A stretch of 64,000 nucleotides of DNA, from the NCBI GenBank assembly GCA_002269645.1, contig NIVC01000303.1:248001-312000 (forward strand), read 5' to 3'. Below the pieces are notes generated by a model. It had not been told where the DNA came from, searched no databases, and saw nothing but the letters and a program-made list of their open reading frames with translations. Of the stretch, positions 1 through 15,388 are shown one piece after another. The first letter of the stretch is position 1, and every line of letters starts with the position of its first letter. The stretch is from Macrostomum lignano. Taxonomy: Eukaryota. Made by a program: the position numbers and the translations under genes.

Positions 1-174
1 TCATGGTTCTACGTGCTCGAATAATTTTTACACGACGTACGTATAATTACATGATATATAGTAAGAAAAGCACGTGATTCCGTTGTCCATGACTCAGCTT
101 AGTTTTGTCTATGATTCAACCCCCATACACTTTTCTAGCTGACACAGGCCTAATAAAGCTGAACTACTGACCTA

Positions 175-675
175 ATATAGCTGACTCACACCCTGACCCA
201 ATTTCTAGCTGACCCACACCCTGATCCACTTTCTAGCTGACCCACACCCTGACCCACTTTCTAGCTGACCCACACAGTGACCTAAGATCTAGCTGACCCA
301 CACACTGACCTAAATTTCTAGCTGACCCACACACTGACCTAAATTTCTAGCTGACCCACACACTGACCTAAATTTCTAGCTGACCCACACAGTGACCTAA
401 GATCTAGCTGACCCACACACTGACCTAAATTTCTAGCTGACCCACACACTGACCTAAATTTCTAGCTGACCCACACACTGACCTAAATTTCTAGCTGACC
501 CACACACTGACCTAAATTTCTAGCTGACCCACACACTGACCTAAATTTCTAGCTGACCCACACACTGACCTAAATTTCTAGCTGACCCACACACTGACCT
601 AAATTTCTAGCTGACCCACACACTGACCCAAATTCTAGCTGACCCACAAACTGATCAAATTTGTAGCTGACCCGC
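175..675. repeat. 29-bp minisatellite
   Basis: Unit CTAGCTGACCCACACACTGACCTAAATTT; just downstream of the TRIM-NHL stop codon. Confidence 0.95.
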
Positions 676-750
676 TGACCCAATAACAGCTGAGCTTCAG
701 TCATGTGACACAGGTACATGTAACTGTATGCACATCATCAGCAAGAAAAT

Positions 751-3700
751 CTACCTAATTTTATACACAACAAGTTGCTTCTTGAACAGATCAGCCACAA
801 CTAGCAGTTCTTTTCTGTTGCTAGCCAGCCTAGCGCCGCCTGGAACAGCCGGCACAATGGCCAAGCCGCAGGGGAAACCGGCCACTGGTCGATCCTCAGT
901 GCCTCCCCTCGGCGCCGGTTCCGACTCAATTGAGCACAGCGAAGCGCCGTCGGTTCCGGCTGACACAACCCGAATGGCGTCCCGACCGCTCTCGCTGATG
1001 TACAACCGATTGCGACTGTCAACTGCTGCATCGAGAGGCCGGTGGAAATTGTCCAAGCCAGTGCGCTTGGTTGGGTGAGCGACCAGCACAGTGTGGGGGC
1101 TGTCAGCCAGCAGGCGGTACACTTTGCCGTGCCGCATGTCTGCGGCGAGCAGGCAGTCCTGGTGGAAAGCGACACTACGAAGCTCGGCATCCGGTATCTG
1201 CCGGTTAGAAATAATTATATGGAATAGATGGATCTCATCCTTGTGGCGAAATGCTCAGCAACTTTCAGTGAGATTATATTCTCCATCCATCAGAATCTCA
1301 CCGTGAGCAGATTCATAATCTCACAGAAAAATCATCCTCATCAGAATCTTGACCCAATCAGAATCCCAACCTAATCAGAATCTCACCCTAATCAGAATCT
1401 CATCTTAATCAGAAACTCATCTTAATCAGAATCTCACCCCGATAAAAGAATCTCACCCTAATCATAATCTCACCCCGATAAGAATCTCACCCTAATCAGA
1501 ATCTCACCCCGATAAGAATCTCACCCTAATCATAATCTCACCCCGATAAGAATCTCACCCTAATCAGAATCTCACCCCGATAAGAATCTCACCCTAATCA
1601 TAATCTCACCCCGATAAGAATCTCACCCTAATCATAAACTCACCTTAACCAGAATCTCAGCCTCATCAGAATCTCACCGTGATCAGAATCCCACCCTGAT
1701 CAGAATCTCAGCCTCATCAGACTTTCAACCTCATCAGAATCTCAACTGAGAGAGACAGAAATCCCACCCTTGGGAACTCACCTCATCCAAGGTAATCATA
1801 GTCTGCAGTTGCCCAGTTGCTTTGGCCATCACGGCAATCTTATTACCGCTAGACAGGTACAAACTGCCGTGAGAGTTGCCGCCAATACCTCGAATAGAAA
1901 AGCCATCGTCGGGAGCCGGTATCACTCGAATCAGTCGGCCGCTCAAGTCCGTGACTGTCACGCTGGACTTTTGGCCAACAAACAGCAGCTGCCGGTCGCA
2001 GTGGAGACCGCAGACGGCCTCCTGCCATTGATTGGACTGGCAGTGACTGCTCAGTCTGACTGCACCGTCTGTGGACAGCACACTGAGATAGCTGCAACCC
2101 CGGACTCTGGCAACCAGACACGGCTCCGGCAGTGGTGTACACCCGGCAGCTTCGGGATCGTCAATACCGGAGCTAGTCAGGTCGGCGATTGATACAACGC
2201 GGCCATCGCTGTTGCCATAGAAACCGCTGCTATCCGGGCAGGCGGCGACCCATTCAACCCGATCGTCGAATTGAATAGTGTGACACTTCGGGAACATGGT
2301 CCGGGCTGCGCTCTGTGCAGTTAGAGGGTGAATGGGTTTACACACACTGTTAATGAGTTCACACAAATCTTAAAGTAGTTGACACTAGTCGTAAGGAGTT
2401 CACACAAACCCCTAAGGAGTTCATACAAATCCCTAAGGAGTTCACACAAATCCCTAAGGAATTCACATAAATCCCTAAGGAGTTCACACAAATCCCTAAG
2501 GAGTTCACACAAAGCCCTAGAGTTCACACAAATGCCTAAGGAGTTCACACAATTCTTCGGGTAGTTCGTAAGGCAAAATTCGTAAGGATTTCACACAAAT
2601 CCCTAATGAGATCACAGAAATCCCTAATGAGATCACAGAAATCCCTAAGGAGTTCACACAATTCCAAAAAGGACTTCACACAATTCGAAAGGAGTTGTCG
2701 CGACTTTTTTATTAATTTCTTCAGTTCATTTGCACTCGTTTCTGTTTATTCTGTTTTCTCTCCCTCTCTGTCCAGTTCAGTCTTGCTATTCTTATCTCTC
2801 TCCCTCGCTGCCCTCTGATTGGCTCTTCAATCTCGCCTCTCCTTAGTCGCGCACTCCACCCCCTCCTTTTCTTAATTGCACTCAACCCCGTGGCCCACCA
2901 TAGTTTTATGACCTTCATTTGGGCCTAAATTAGCTCGTAAACAACATAAGACAGAAGTTTCAATGCCGATTTATCAGTGAAACAAACAGATAAGCTGAAA
3001 ACTCACAGCATTGGCTCCGGCAATGCCCATCTTTTTCAGCTGGCTGGACAGCAGAGCGCTGGCTCGCGTCAGTTGGCCGAGCTGCCGCTGCACCGCTTCG
3101 TCGCTGGAAGGTCCGTTGGCGTACTCTTGCTCAGCTATGGCGGTCTGCGCCTGACAACGGGTGATACATCCTGACATCATTTAGTATCCTGACATTCTTC
3201 GGGCATCCTGACATTCTTTGGACATCCAGACATTTTTTGGATATCCTGACATTCTTAGGACATCCCGACATTCTTTGGGCATCCGACACTCTTGGCATCC
3301 TGACATTATTTAGCATCCTGACATTCTTTGGGCATCCTGACATTCTTTGTACATTCTGACATTCTTTAGTATCTTGACATTCTTTAGCATCCAAACATTC
3401 TTTAGCTCCAGACATTCCTTAGCATCCTGACATTATTTAACATCCTGATATTCTTCAGCATCCTGACATTCCTTAGCATCCTGACATTATTTAACATCCT
3501 GATATTCTTCAGCATCCTGACATTCTTTAGCACCCTGACATTATTTAACATCCTGATATTCTTCAGTATCCTGACATTATTTAACATCCTGACATTCTTT
3601 AGCACCCTGACATTCTTTAGCACCCTGACATTCTTTAGCATCCTGACATTCTTTAGCACCCTGACATTCTTTAGCATTCTGACATTCTTTAGCACCCTGA

Positions 3701-5611
3701 CATTCTTTAGCATCCTGACATTCTTTAGCACCCTGACATTCTTTAGCATTCTGACATTCTTTAGCATTCTGACATTCTTTAGCATCCAGACATTCTTTAG
3801 CATCCAGACATTCTTTAGCATTCTGACATTCTTTAGCATTCTGACATTCTTTAGCACCCTGACATTCTTTAGCATTCTGACATTCTTTATCATCCAGACA
3901 TTATTTAACATCCTGATATTCTTCAGCATCCTGACATTCTTTAGCATCCTGACATTCTTTAGCATCCTGACATTCTTTAGCATCCTGACATTCTTTAGCA
4001 TCCTGACATTCTTTAACATCATGAAATCCTAACACCCTTAGCACCCTGACATCCTGATAGCCTTAGCAACTTTATTTTTATCAAAGTTCATTTCAACAAA
4101 GAATCTCTAATTGCTCACCATCTGCTGCACTCTAAGCGAGTTAATCTCATTGATTAACTGAACAATTCGATTCTTATCGCCCTGCTGCTTGGCCTCAGCC
4201 AGCTCCAGGTCTTTCTGATCCGCGAGCTGTCTTGTCTCTTCGATAAATTTTAATCTATTACTGCAGGCGGTCAGGGACTGAATGGAGCGCCGGCCCCATG
4301 CATTGATGGAAGCTTGCATCGCGTCGAACACCTTGTTGACGTTCTCCTTTTGTCTGCAATGCGATACAAAGCAGATGTGTTAATTTTCCATTTAGTTAAC
4401 TTGAAATTTACACTTGGGTTGGGTGGAGACGGCTCTTGGGCACTATTTAATTAATTAGTAGATTGGGTAGCTATGTACCTAACGAACTGGTAAATAGGGT
4501 AGCTAACTACTCCATGAACTGGTAAATAGGGTAGCTAACTACCCAATGAACTGGTAGATAGGGTAGCTAACTACCCCATGAACTGGTAAATAGGGTAGCT
4601 AACTACTCCATGAACTGGTAAATAGGGTAGCTAACTACTCCATGAACTGGTAAATAGGGTAGCTAACTACCCCATGAACTGGTAAATAGGGTAGCTAACT
4701 ACTCCATGAACTGGTAAATAGGGTAGCTAACTACTCCATGAACTGGTAAATAGGGTAGCTAACTACCCCATGAACTGGTAGATAGGGTAGCTAACTACCC
4801 CATGAACTGGTAAATAGGGTAGCTAACTACTCCATGAACTGGTAAATAGGGTAGCTAACTACCCAATGAACTGGTAAATAGGGTAGCTAACTACCCCATG
4901 AACTGGTAAATAGGGTAGCTAACTACCCCATGAACTGGTAAATAGGGTAGCTAACTACTCCATGAACTGGTAAATAGGGTAGCTAACTACCCCATGAACT
5001 GGTAAATAGGGTAGCTAACTACCCCATGAACTGGTAAATAGGGTAGCTAACTACTCCATGAACTGGTAAATAGGGTAGCTAACTACCCCATGAACTGGTA
5101 GATAGGGTAGCTAACTACCCAATGAACTGGTAGATAGGGAAGATACTTACCTAATGAACAGGTAAATGAAGGTAGCTATTTACTTAATGAACAGGTAAAT
5201 AGAGATAGATATTTACTTAATGAATGGGTAAATAGCTACATACAAAATGAACGGGTAGATAGCATAGCTACCTACCCAATAAACTGGTAAAGCAGGTAGC
5301 CAAACAACTCACTTAAGCAATTTCTGTTCCTCTTGCTTCATTAACGCTTTCATAGCCCCGGCACTTTCCATATATGGCTGGATAAGATCAACAGCACTGA
5401 TGTTCATCTCTCTGGCTGTATTCAGCTCTTCCAGCACATGATTAAAGCACAGTTGTCTACCACTGAAGGGGCTCGGGTTTGTGGCAAATTCGTTGCAAAC
5501 TTCGCATGTCTGTGACTCAGCGGATGTGCTGGATGGATTGCCACCACCACTGCCTCTGTCGCTGCCACTTCCACTGCCACCTGGATCTGTGCCTTCTGCT
5601 ACTTCACTCAT
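751..5611 (-). CDS. TRIM-NHL-like protein (degenerate B-box, coiled coil, NHL beta-propeller), ~551 aa, 5 exons
   Basis: Exons 5611-5313, 4353-4119, 3150-3007, 2312-1782, 1197-751 join in frame (GTGAG donors, YAG acceptors; phases 2,0,0,0; 1656 nt). N-terminal CEVC...CFNH, a helical coiled-coil segment, and C-terminal NHL-like blades such as FHRPLDAAVDSRNRLYISESGRDAIRVV. Confidence 0.8.
1290..1745. repeat. ~17-bp (33-34-bp dimer) minisatellite in TRIM-NHL intron 4
   Basis: Unit ATCAGAATCTCACCCTA alternating with ATAAGAATCTCACC variants. Confidence 0.9.
2335..2690. repeat. 21-bp minisatellite in TRIM-NHL intron 3
   Basis: Unit CCCTAAGGAGTTCACACAAAT. Confidence 0.9.
3165..4060. repeat. 18-bp minisatellite in TRIM-NHL intron 2
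   Basis: Unit CATCCTGACATTCTTTAG, about 48 copies. Confidence 0.95.
4465..5290. repeat. 32-bp minisatellite in TRIM-NHL intron 1
   Basis: Unit GAACTGGTAAATAGGGTAGCTAACTACCCCAT with degenerate edges. Confidence 0.95.
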
Positions 5612-6713
5612 GACAGAAATTATTAGGCAGTAAATGCTTATAATTTTATCACAATAGTTCTTGATAAACAAAAATGCCAAATACTACATTGCAACTAACA
5701 GAATAACAAAAACATTCACTCCTACTACAAGTAGTAAAGTGAATAATTGTCTGATATTAGAAAAGTTGAATAAAAATTTAAATTAAGAAAGCCTTTTTAA
5801 ACAATAATAAATATCTAACCTATAATTTAGGCAAATTGAAAAGTGAAACTTTTTTCAAGCTTGATGCAATTTAATTTGTTTCATTTTTACTTTTAATATT
5901 TTTAAAGCAATCAATTTTTTTAATAATTATTATTTAATTATACAATTTTTGGATATCTAAAAATTTTTTATACATTTTGTTATATATAAGTGCTACAACA
6001 CATTAAACAGCATAGTAGCATATAATATATAAATAAATCTAAGAATAAACTAAAAAACATTTTTATCAATAGTATATATACAGTCAAAGTTTTAAGGAAA
6101 AAAATTTTTGTTTATTTCAAACAACTCATGAATAAAATATATGGCACTCTTGGTCTTGACTTAAAGTGTTATATTAATGCCAATAAATTTCATATCTATG
6201 CAAATGTTATATTTTGATTTGAACTAATACCTAGCATATTTGATGTTTCAACTTGAATTGAAATTTAAAACCTTGATACTAGACTGCCATCAGAAAATAT
6301 TTATTTTGAATTGACACTTTATTTATTAACACATGTTTTCTTTGCTTTAAGCTGATGCCTATTATAATTGTGTAGAAATGTTGCCTTAAAAATTACATTG
6401 AATTAAATTTATTTAGTCATAATTGTATTGTAGGGCCTAGCCTAGATTTGGAAATTAAAAATGTTAATAACTTTGTTTATTTTCACCTTAAAAATGAAAA
6501 GCATAATTATTTAGTAATAAAAAAATATTGTAACAAATAAAAACTTATAATTCTTTCTTTGATCTTTTAATCAAACTATATAAGAAAAAGCATTGGGTAG
6601 ATACAACTCTTTTGGGTAGATACAATCTTACGAAAAAGTTGACCTCGCCATGTACCTTTATTCTTTAAAAACTTAATAGTACATCCAAAAAGAACCATTG
6701 TTATTGTCGCAAA

Positions 6714-6987
6714 CAGTGGCGGCGCACTGCGCAGGCAAGGGCCAGGGGGGGGGGGCAGAGGGAGCTCCACCTGGGGGGTGACCACCCTCCTTCCTCCTGG
6801 GGTGGGGGTGACCACCCTCTCATCCCTCCGTCCGGTGACCCGCCATAATTTTTTAGTACGAACTTGTTATATGCATTTTTGTGAGATTTTAGCATAATGC
6901 GCTGCTCTAATTCTACAAATTCCCTGGGGGAGACGGGTGACCACCCAACCACCGTCCAACCTAATCGGAGGTGATGCGCCGCCACTA
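6714..6987. mobile_element. MITE-like element, ~274 bp, 13-bp TIRs
   Basis: CAGTGGCGGCGCA at 6714 and TGCGCCGCCACTA ending at 6987; GC-rich island in AT-rich DNA; no clear TSD. Confidence 0.6.
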
Positions 6988-7724
6988 TTAGTGCAGTATT
7001 TTATTTTGTATGTCAATGTCTTTATAACATTTATATTTGGCTCGTCTTGTGACACGTCTATTAATTTAAAAAGTCAGTATGGTCATTTTCTTGTAAACTA
7101 AACAGCATTTAAAAGCGCTTCGCAATAGCATGTACCAAATGAAATGTTTCTAAACAGTTTAAAAGCAATTTTTAATTTAAACCTAGAACTTAAAAATTAT
7201 TACTTTAGTTATTGTTGCAGACAAGCTTTTTCTAAGTGACTACTTTGTTTCAATTACTTCACGTACAACTTAACATCGGAAGGTTTGATGAAATGTAATG
7301 TTAGCGAGCAAGTGCAGAGCAGAAAAAAAGAGATTTTACCTTGGTTTTTTAAAGATAATTTTAGTAGTATCAGCAGTTCTTCTCTTCTTAGTGTATTTCT
7401 CATGACTTCTCGCTCTTCTAGTCAAAACTTACTCCACGGATCGGTACTAAATTAAAATTACATGTATAATGGTGAAAACTGATTAGAAAACCCCCCATGC
7501 AATTAAACTTTTGCTAAATGCAAATATAAATAAAAATCTGTTTATAAAACTGTTTTTGAGCGTTACACAGGTTTTCAATAATATTTTTAATGATATTTCT
7601 GAAAACTTGTGATTCAGGGTTACATCAATGTACATGTACATGTATTTATTTGTGTCATGCATACATGTTAGAATCAATGAAAACATCACAAAAGAGTAAT
7701 CATAAGCGATTGTATAAAGACTAA

Positions 7725-8471
7725 GCTGATCACGACAGGCGACTACTGCAGTGACTGGTTTAGAGCAATGGTGGGAGTTACCTACATCACCTATACTACT
7801 CTCTTCATTTTCCTGCGAACTCATGGATGATGACAGAAACCATGCTGTAGAGGAATTGAACTGCATGAAAAAGTCGAGATCAGCTGCGGAGGCATGAAAA
7901 TCAACAATAACTTGAGGTTTGCAAACGAGGAGTCAGTTTGAAGAGTCGCCTGAGCTCAAGATCACAATTATTAAAGGCGGTCCGATGGACGCGACACTGC
8001 ATGCTCGATGGGTGCGAGAGCTGGACTCTGGAGAGATGAAAAGTATAGAGATACTCAAAGCATTTGAAATGAAATGTTTACACAAGAATGCGAATGATTT
8101 TACATATGTATGGAAAGAGCAAAGGACAAGTGTTTGGACATGGAGAAAACATGGAGGTATTGAGAAAGGAACTGGAATCTGTGGAGGAGACCATCAAGTG
8201 GAGAAAGCTCAAATACATGTACAGTATTACTAAACATCAGACGAGAGGAAAGGGAGCCAATAGCAAATGTCTGTAATCAAGGAGAATGGAAGGTGAGGAG
8301 AAGAGGAAGACCAAAAAAGCAGTGGGAAGATGACCTGAAAGAATGAACGGGATAGACAATTGAGAGGCTAAGAATTGGGCAGCGAAGGACAGGCAATGGT
8401 GGCGGAAGCTCATGAGTGCATGAATGGGTGCGCCCAGGGCCATGATGGCTACGGTAAAGAAAGAAGAAGAA
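7725..8471 (+). mobile_element. Degenerate 3' fragment of an RTE-clade non-LTR retrotransposon
   Basis: Frameshifted RT motifs (SDWFRAMVGV; ISCGGMKINNNLRF~ADD-like; GCESWTL; AFEMKCL; RKLKY; DDLKE.TG...AAKDRQWWRKL) and a (GAA)n-type 3' tail at ~8455-8471. Confidence 0.75.
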
Positions 8472-9419
8472 TCGCGGTGATTCAGGTGATATTGAAGGCC
8501 GTTTTACCAAGCAACCCTGATGACGTTACCCACCAGCCGCGCTGTGATTGGACGAGAAATTGGGGTGGACGCAACAGCAGAGAAAATGATTTATGGTGAG
8601 GGATTACGTATCAGGCGGGAAAAAGCTTGGGGAGATAGAAGGAAATAAAACTGTCACACGCATCTGATTGGCATGAAAGATTCCGAACAATACATGTAGA
8701 AAGGATGAGAGGTTGAACGCGCGGGGGGGAGTAGGGGTGGGTGGGATAAGCAAGAGGAGCTGAGGTTCAGGATATCCGTACAACATGTACAAGCTATACA
8801 TGCATGTACATGTATGAGGTGACTGTAAACTTGAAACAAATGCACATTTTCAAACATTAATCGTGTAAATGTATTCTTTTTCTTTGTTGCAGCTGAGGTC
8901 TTTACATCACATGTACAACTTATAACCTGTTGAATGGTCAACAATTAAGGTTTCAATAGTTATGGTGCATGTGCACTTGGAAGTTCGCATACACGTGCGC
9001 CTCATGAAAAATATGGGAATTGGGCTGGGATGCCGTGTGCCCCCGCCCGAGCTCTCGCGACTCGCCCCACGCGTGTCGGGCTGCAATTATTAATTATCTG
9101 TGCAGGAAAATAATTATAAAAGAGCGAATTTCTCACTCGGATTTTGCCAATTTTTACACACTTTTCCCGAGTGGTAAAAGCATACTTATTATTTATTATG
9201 TCCGTTAATTTGGTCTTAATACGATGGTGCTGATAAAGCTAACCATAAAACCAATATTTAGTTTTCAAACCATGCTATGCGTATACAGTACTTGTTTATT
9301 TAATGATTCATTAAGGTTCACTTTACTTTTGTTGGCTTACGAGAACTCACTCAATCCGTCTTGATCACACCCTATTCACTAACTGTATAATTAAATTTTT
9401 AATTCATTATTATCACACG

Positions 9420-9620
9420 TCTTTTTAATTCATTCCACTCTTCTAATTACTCTAATTGACTATGAGTAACCCCAATTAGCTATAATTACCTCTAATTACC
9501 TGCAATTAACTATAATTACTCTAATTAGCTATAATTAGCGATCATACCTCTAATTTTCCCTAATTAACTCTAATTAACTCTAATTCACTGACTAATTCAC
9601 TCATTTACTCTCAATTCATC
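9420..9620. repeat. AT-rich degenerate ~10-bp repeat
   Basis: CTAATTAACT / CTAATTAC variants. Confidence 0.7.
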
Positions 9621-10009
9621 AGTTTAGTTCACTTTGATTAAAGCGACCTACATTGAGATGACAACTTTTCCAGAATTTCTCGTATATAGCATGCAGTGCG
9701 GAGTTCGGAGAACTGAAGCCATCCAGACTCCACTCCCCATCGTCTATAGCCAACAATTATTTTTATCACAAGCCGGGGGCACAGTTTTGCACTTTTATGA
9801 GCTACATGTATGCCAATTTCACCTCAGTAAGCTGATATACTCGTATTCTCACACGGGTTTGTGAACTAAGATGTTAATAATTAATACGATTGCTTTTACT
9901 GAAATTTGGATTGCAGCTGGCTAATTACACATATTTGCTGTACTACTACTACAAGAGAGTAATTACATCTATGAGCTAGCGGTGGGAACCTTAATAGGAG
10001 AGCAAATAA

Positions 10010-10245
10010 TGAAGAATGGATTGCTAATCTAGTCAAAACCACAGATAAAAGAATAGAATGGATTGCTAATCAAGCCAACATCACGGATGCAGGAATACAA
10101 TGGATTGCTAATCTAGCCGAACATCAAAGATAAATTGGAATAGAACGGATTGCTAATCTAGCGAACATTATTGCTAAAAGGACTAGAATGGATTGCTAAT
10201 CTAGCGAACATCACCGATAAGTTACAATAGAATGGATTGCCAATA
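10010..10245. repeat. Diverged ~42-45-bp minisatellite
   Basis: Six copies of AATGGATTGCTAATCTAG separated by mutually related linkers. Confidence 0.8.
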
Positions 10246-10283
10246 TAACAATTTCTAATCTGATAGGCTCACGAGAGCGTCGG

Positions 10284-10327
10284 CCAATCACGTGTGAAAC
10301 TCAAAATCAATCGATCTCTATATATAA
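10284..10327 (+). promoter_or_regulatory. Putative promoter: CCAAT box fused to E-box (CCAATCACGTG) plus TATA-like TATATATAA
   Basis: Motifs at 10284-10294 and 10319-10327, about 95 nt upstream of ATG 10420. Confidence 0.35.
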
Positions 10328-10419
10328 TCCAGTTATCTTAACAAGTTATACAGAATTGCCTTGAGATATCAGTTGTATTTTTTGTTTTTTTTCGTCAACC
10401 GAGCATAATTCAAAAGTAC

Positions 10420-13044
<2,625 letters not shown>

Positions 13045-13164
13045 GGAATCTGAGGGAGTTAATTGAATGCGAGCTGATAGTAAATTTTTGTTGATTGAGA
13101 GACGATTGTGCATGGTTATCGCAAAGAGGGTACTTTACGGGCGTATATTCTAAGAGTCAGATGC

Positions 13165-13394
13165 GGATGGAGGGATGGATGGAGGGAGAGAGGGAGAGAG
13201 GAAGAGATCGAGTGAGAGAGGGAGAGATGAGGAAAGGAAGAGAGTGAGAGAGGAGAAAGGGAGAGATAGGGAGAGAGAGAGAGAGGGAGAGAGGCAGTGA
13301 GTGAGAGAGGGAGAGAGGGAGAGAGGGGAATAGGGAGAGAGTGAGAGAGGGAGAGAGGGAGAGAGGGAGAGAGTGAGAGAGGGAGAGAGTGAGA

Positions 13395-13429
<35 letters not shown>

Positions 13430-13959
13430 GGAGAGAGAGTGAGAGAGAGAGGGAGAGAATGAGAGAGTGAGAGAGGGAGAGAGGGAGAGAGGCAGAGAGG
13501 GAGAGAGGGAGAGAGGGAGAGAGTGAAATAGGGAGAGAGTGAGAGAGGGGAAGAGTGAGAGAGTGAGAGAGTGAGAGAGGGAGAGAGGGAGAGATCGAGT
13601 GAGAGAGGGGGAGATGATGAAAGGAGAGAGGAGAGAGGATATGAAGAAAGGAAGAGAGTGACAGAGGAGAAAGGGAGAGATGGGGAGAGAGAGGGAGCGA
13701 GGGAGAGAGGGAGAGAGGAAGAGATGGGGAATGGGAGAGATTCAGAGATTCAGAGAGTGAGAGATTCAGAGATTCAAAGAGTGAGGGAGGAAGAGAGTGA
13801 GAGAGGGAGAGAGAGAGAGCGTGAGAGAGAGAGGGAGAGAGGGAGAGAGTGAGAGAGAGGGAGAGAGTGAGAGAGAGGGAGAGAGGGAGAGAGTGAGAGA
13901 GAGAGAGGGAGAGAGTGAGAGAGAGGGAGAGAGGGAGAGAGAGTGAGAGAGAGAGAGGG

Positions 13960-13990
<31 letters not shown>

Positions 13991-14505
13991 GAGAGAGAGA
14001 GGGAGAGAGTGAGAGAGAGAGAGGGAGAGAGTGAGAGAGAGAGAGGGAGAGAGTGAGAGAGAGAGAGAGGGAGAGAGAGAGAGAGAGAGAGGGAGAGAGT
14101 GAGAGAGAGAGAGGGAGAGAGTGAGAGAGAGAGAGAGAGGGAGAAAGAGAGAGAGAGAGAGAGGGAGAGAGAGAGAGAGAGGGAGAGAGTGAGAGAGAGA
14201 GAGAGGGAGAGAGTGAGAGAGAGAGGGAGAGAGTGAGAGAGAGAGAGGGAGAGAGTGAGAGAGAGAGAGGGAGAGAGTGAGAGAGAGAGAGAGGGAGAGA
14301 GAGAGAGAGAGAGAGGGAGAGAGTGAGAGAGAGAGAGGGAGAGAGTGAGAGAGAGAGAGGGAGAGAGTGAGAGAGAGGGAGAGAGGGAGAAAGAGAGAGA
14401 GAGGGAGAGGGAGAGAGAGAGAGAGAGAGGGAGAGAGTGAGAGAGAGAGAGGGAGAGAGTGAGAGAGAGAGAGGGAGAGAGTGAGAGAGAGGGAGAGAGG
14501 GAGAA

Positions 14506-14536
<31 letters not shown>

Positions 14537-15355
14537 GAGAGAGGGAGAGAGTGAGAGAGAGAGAGAGGGAGAGAGTGAGAGAGAGAGAGGGAGAGAGTGA
14601 GAGAGAGAGAGGGAGAGAGTGAGAGAGAGAGGGAGAGAGTGAGAGAGAGAGAGGGAGAGAGTGAGAGAGAGAGGGAGAGAGTGAGAGAGAGAGAGGGAGA
14701 GAGTGAGAGAGAGAGAGGGAGAGAGTGAGAGTGAGAGAGGGAGAGAGTGAGAGAGGGAGAGAGTGAGAGAGAGTGAGAGAGGGAGAGAGTGAGAGAGAGG
14801 GAGAGAGGAGAGAGAGAGAGAGAGAGAGGGAGAGAGTGAGAGAGAGAGAGGGAGAGAGTGAGAGAGAGAGGGAGAGAGTGAGAGAGAGAGAGGGAGAGAG
14901 TGAGAGAGAGAGAGAGGGAGAGAGTGAGAGAGAGAGAGGGAGAGAGTGAGAGAGAGAGGGAGAGAGTGAGAGAGAGAGAGGGAGAGAGTGAGAGAGAGAG
15001 AGGGAGAGAGTGAGAGAGAGAGAGGGAGAGAGTGAGAGAGAGAGAGAGAGAGTGAGAGAGAGAGGGAGAGAGTGAGAGAGAGAGAGGGAGAGAGTGAGAG
15101 AGAGAGAGGGAGAGAGTGAGAGAGAGAGAGGGAGAGAGTGAGAGAGAGAGGGAGAGAGTGAGAGAGAGAGAGGGAGAGAGTGAGAGAGAGAGAGGGAGAG
15201 AGTGAGAGAGAGAGAGGGAGAGAGTGAGAGAGAGAGAGGGAGAGAGTGAGAGAGAGAGAGGGAGAGAGTGAGAGAGAGAGGGAGAGAGTGAGAGAGAGAG
15301 AGGGAGAGAGTGAGAGAGAGAGAGGGAGAGAGTGAGAGAGAGAGAGGGAGAGAGT

Positions 15356-15388
<33 letters not shown>

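Noticed and set aside
10010-10245. CRISPR-like repeat/spacer appearance
   Set aside because: The 'spacers' are homologous to each other (CGAACATCA...AATAG), there are no cas genes, and the context is eukaryotic; this is a diverged minisatellite.
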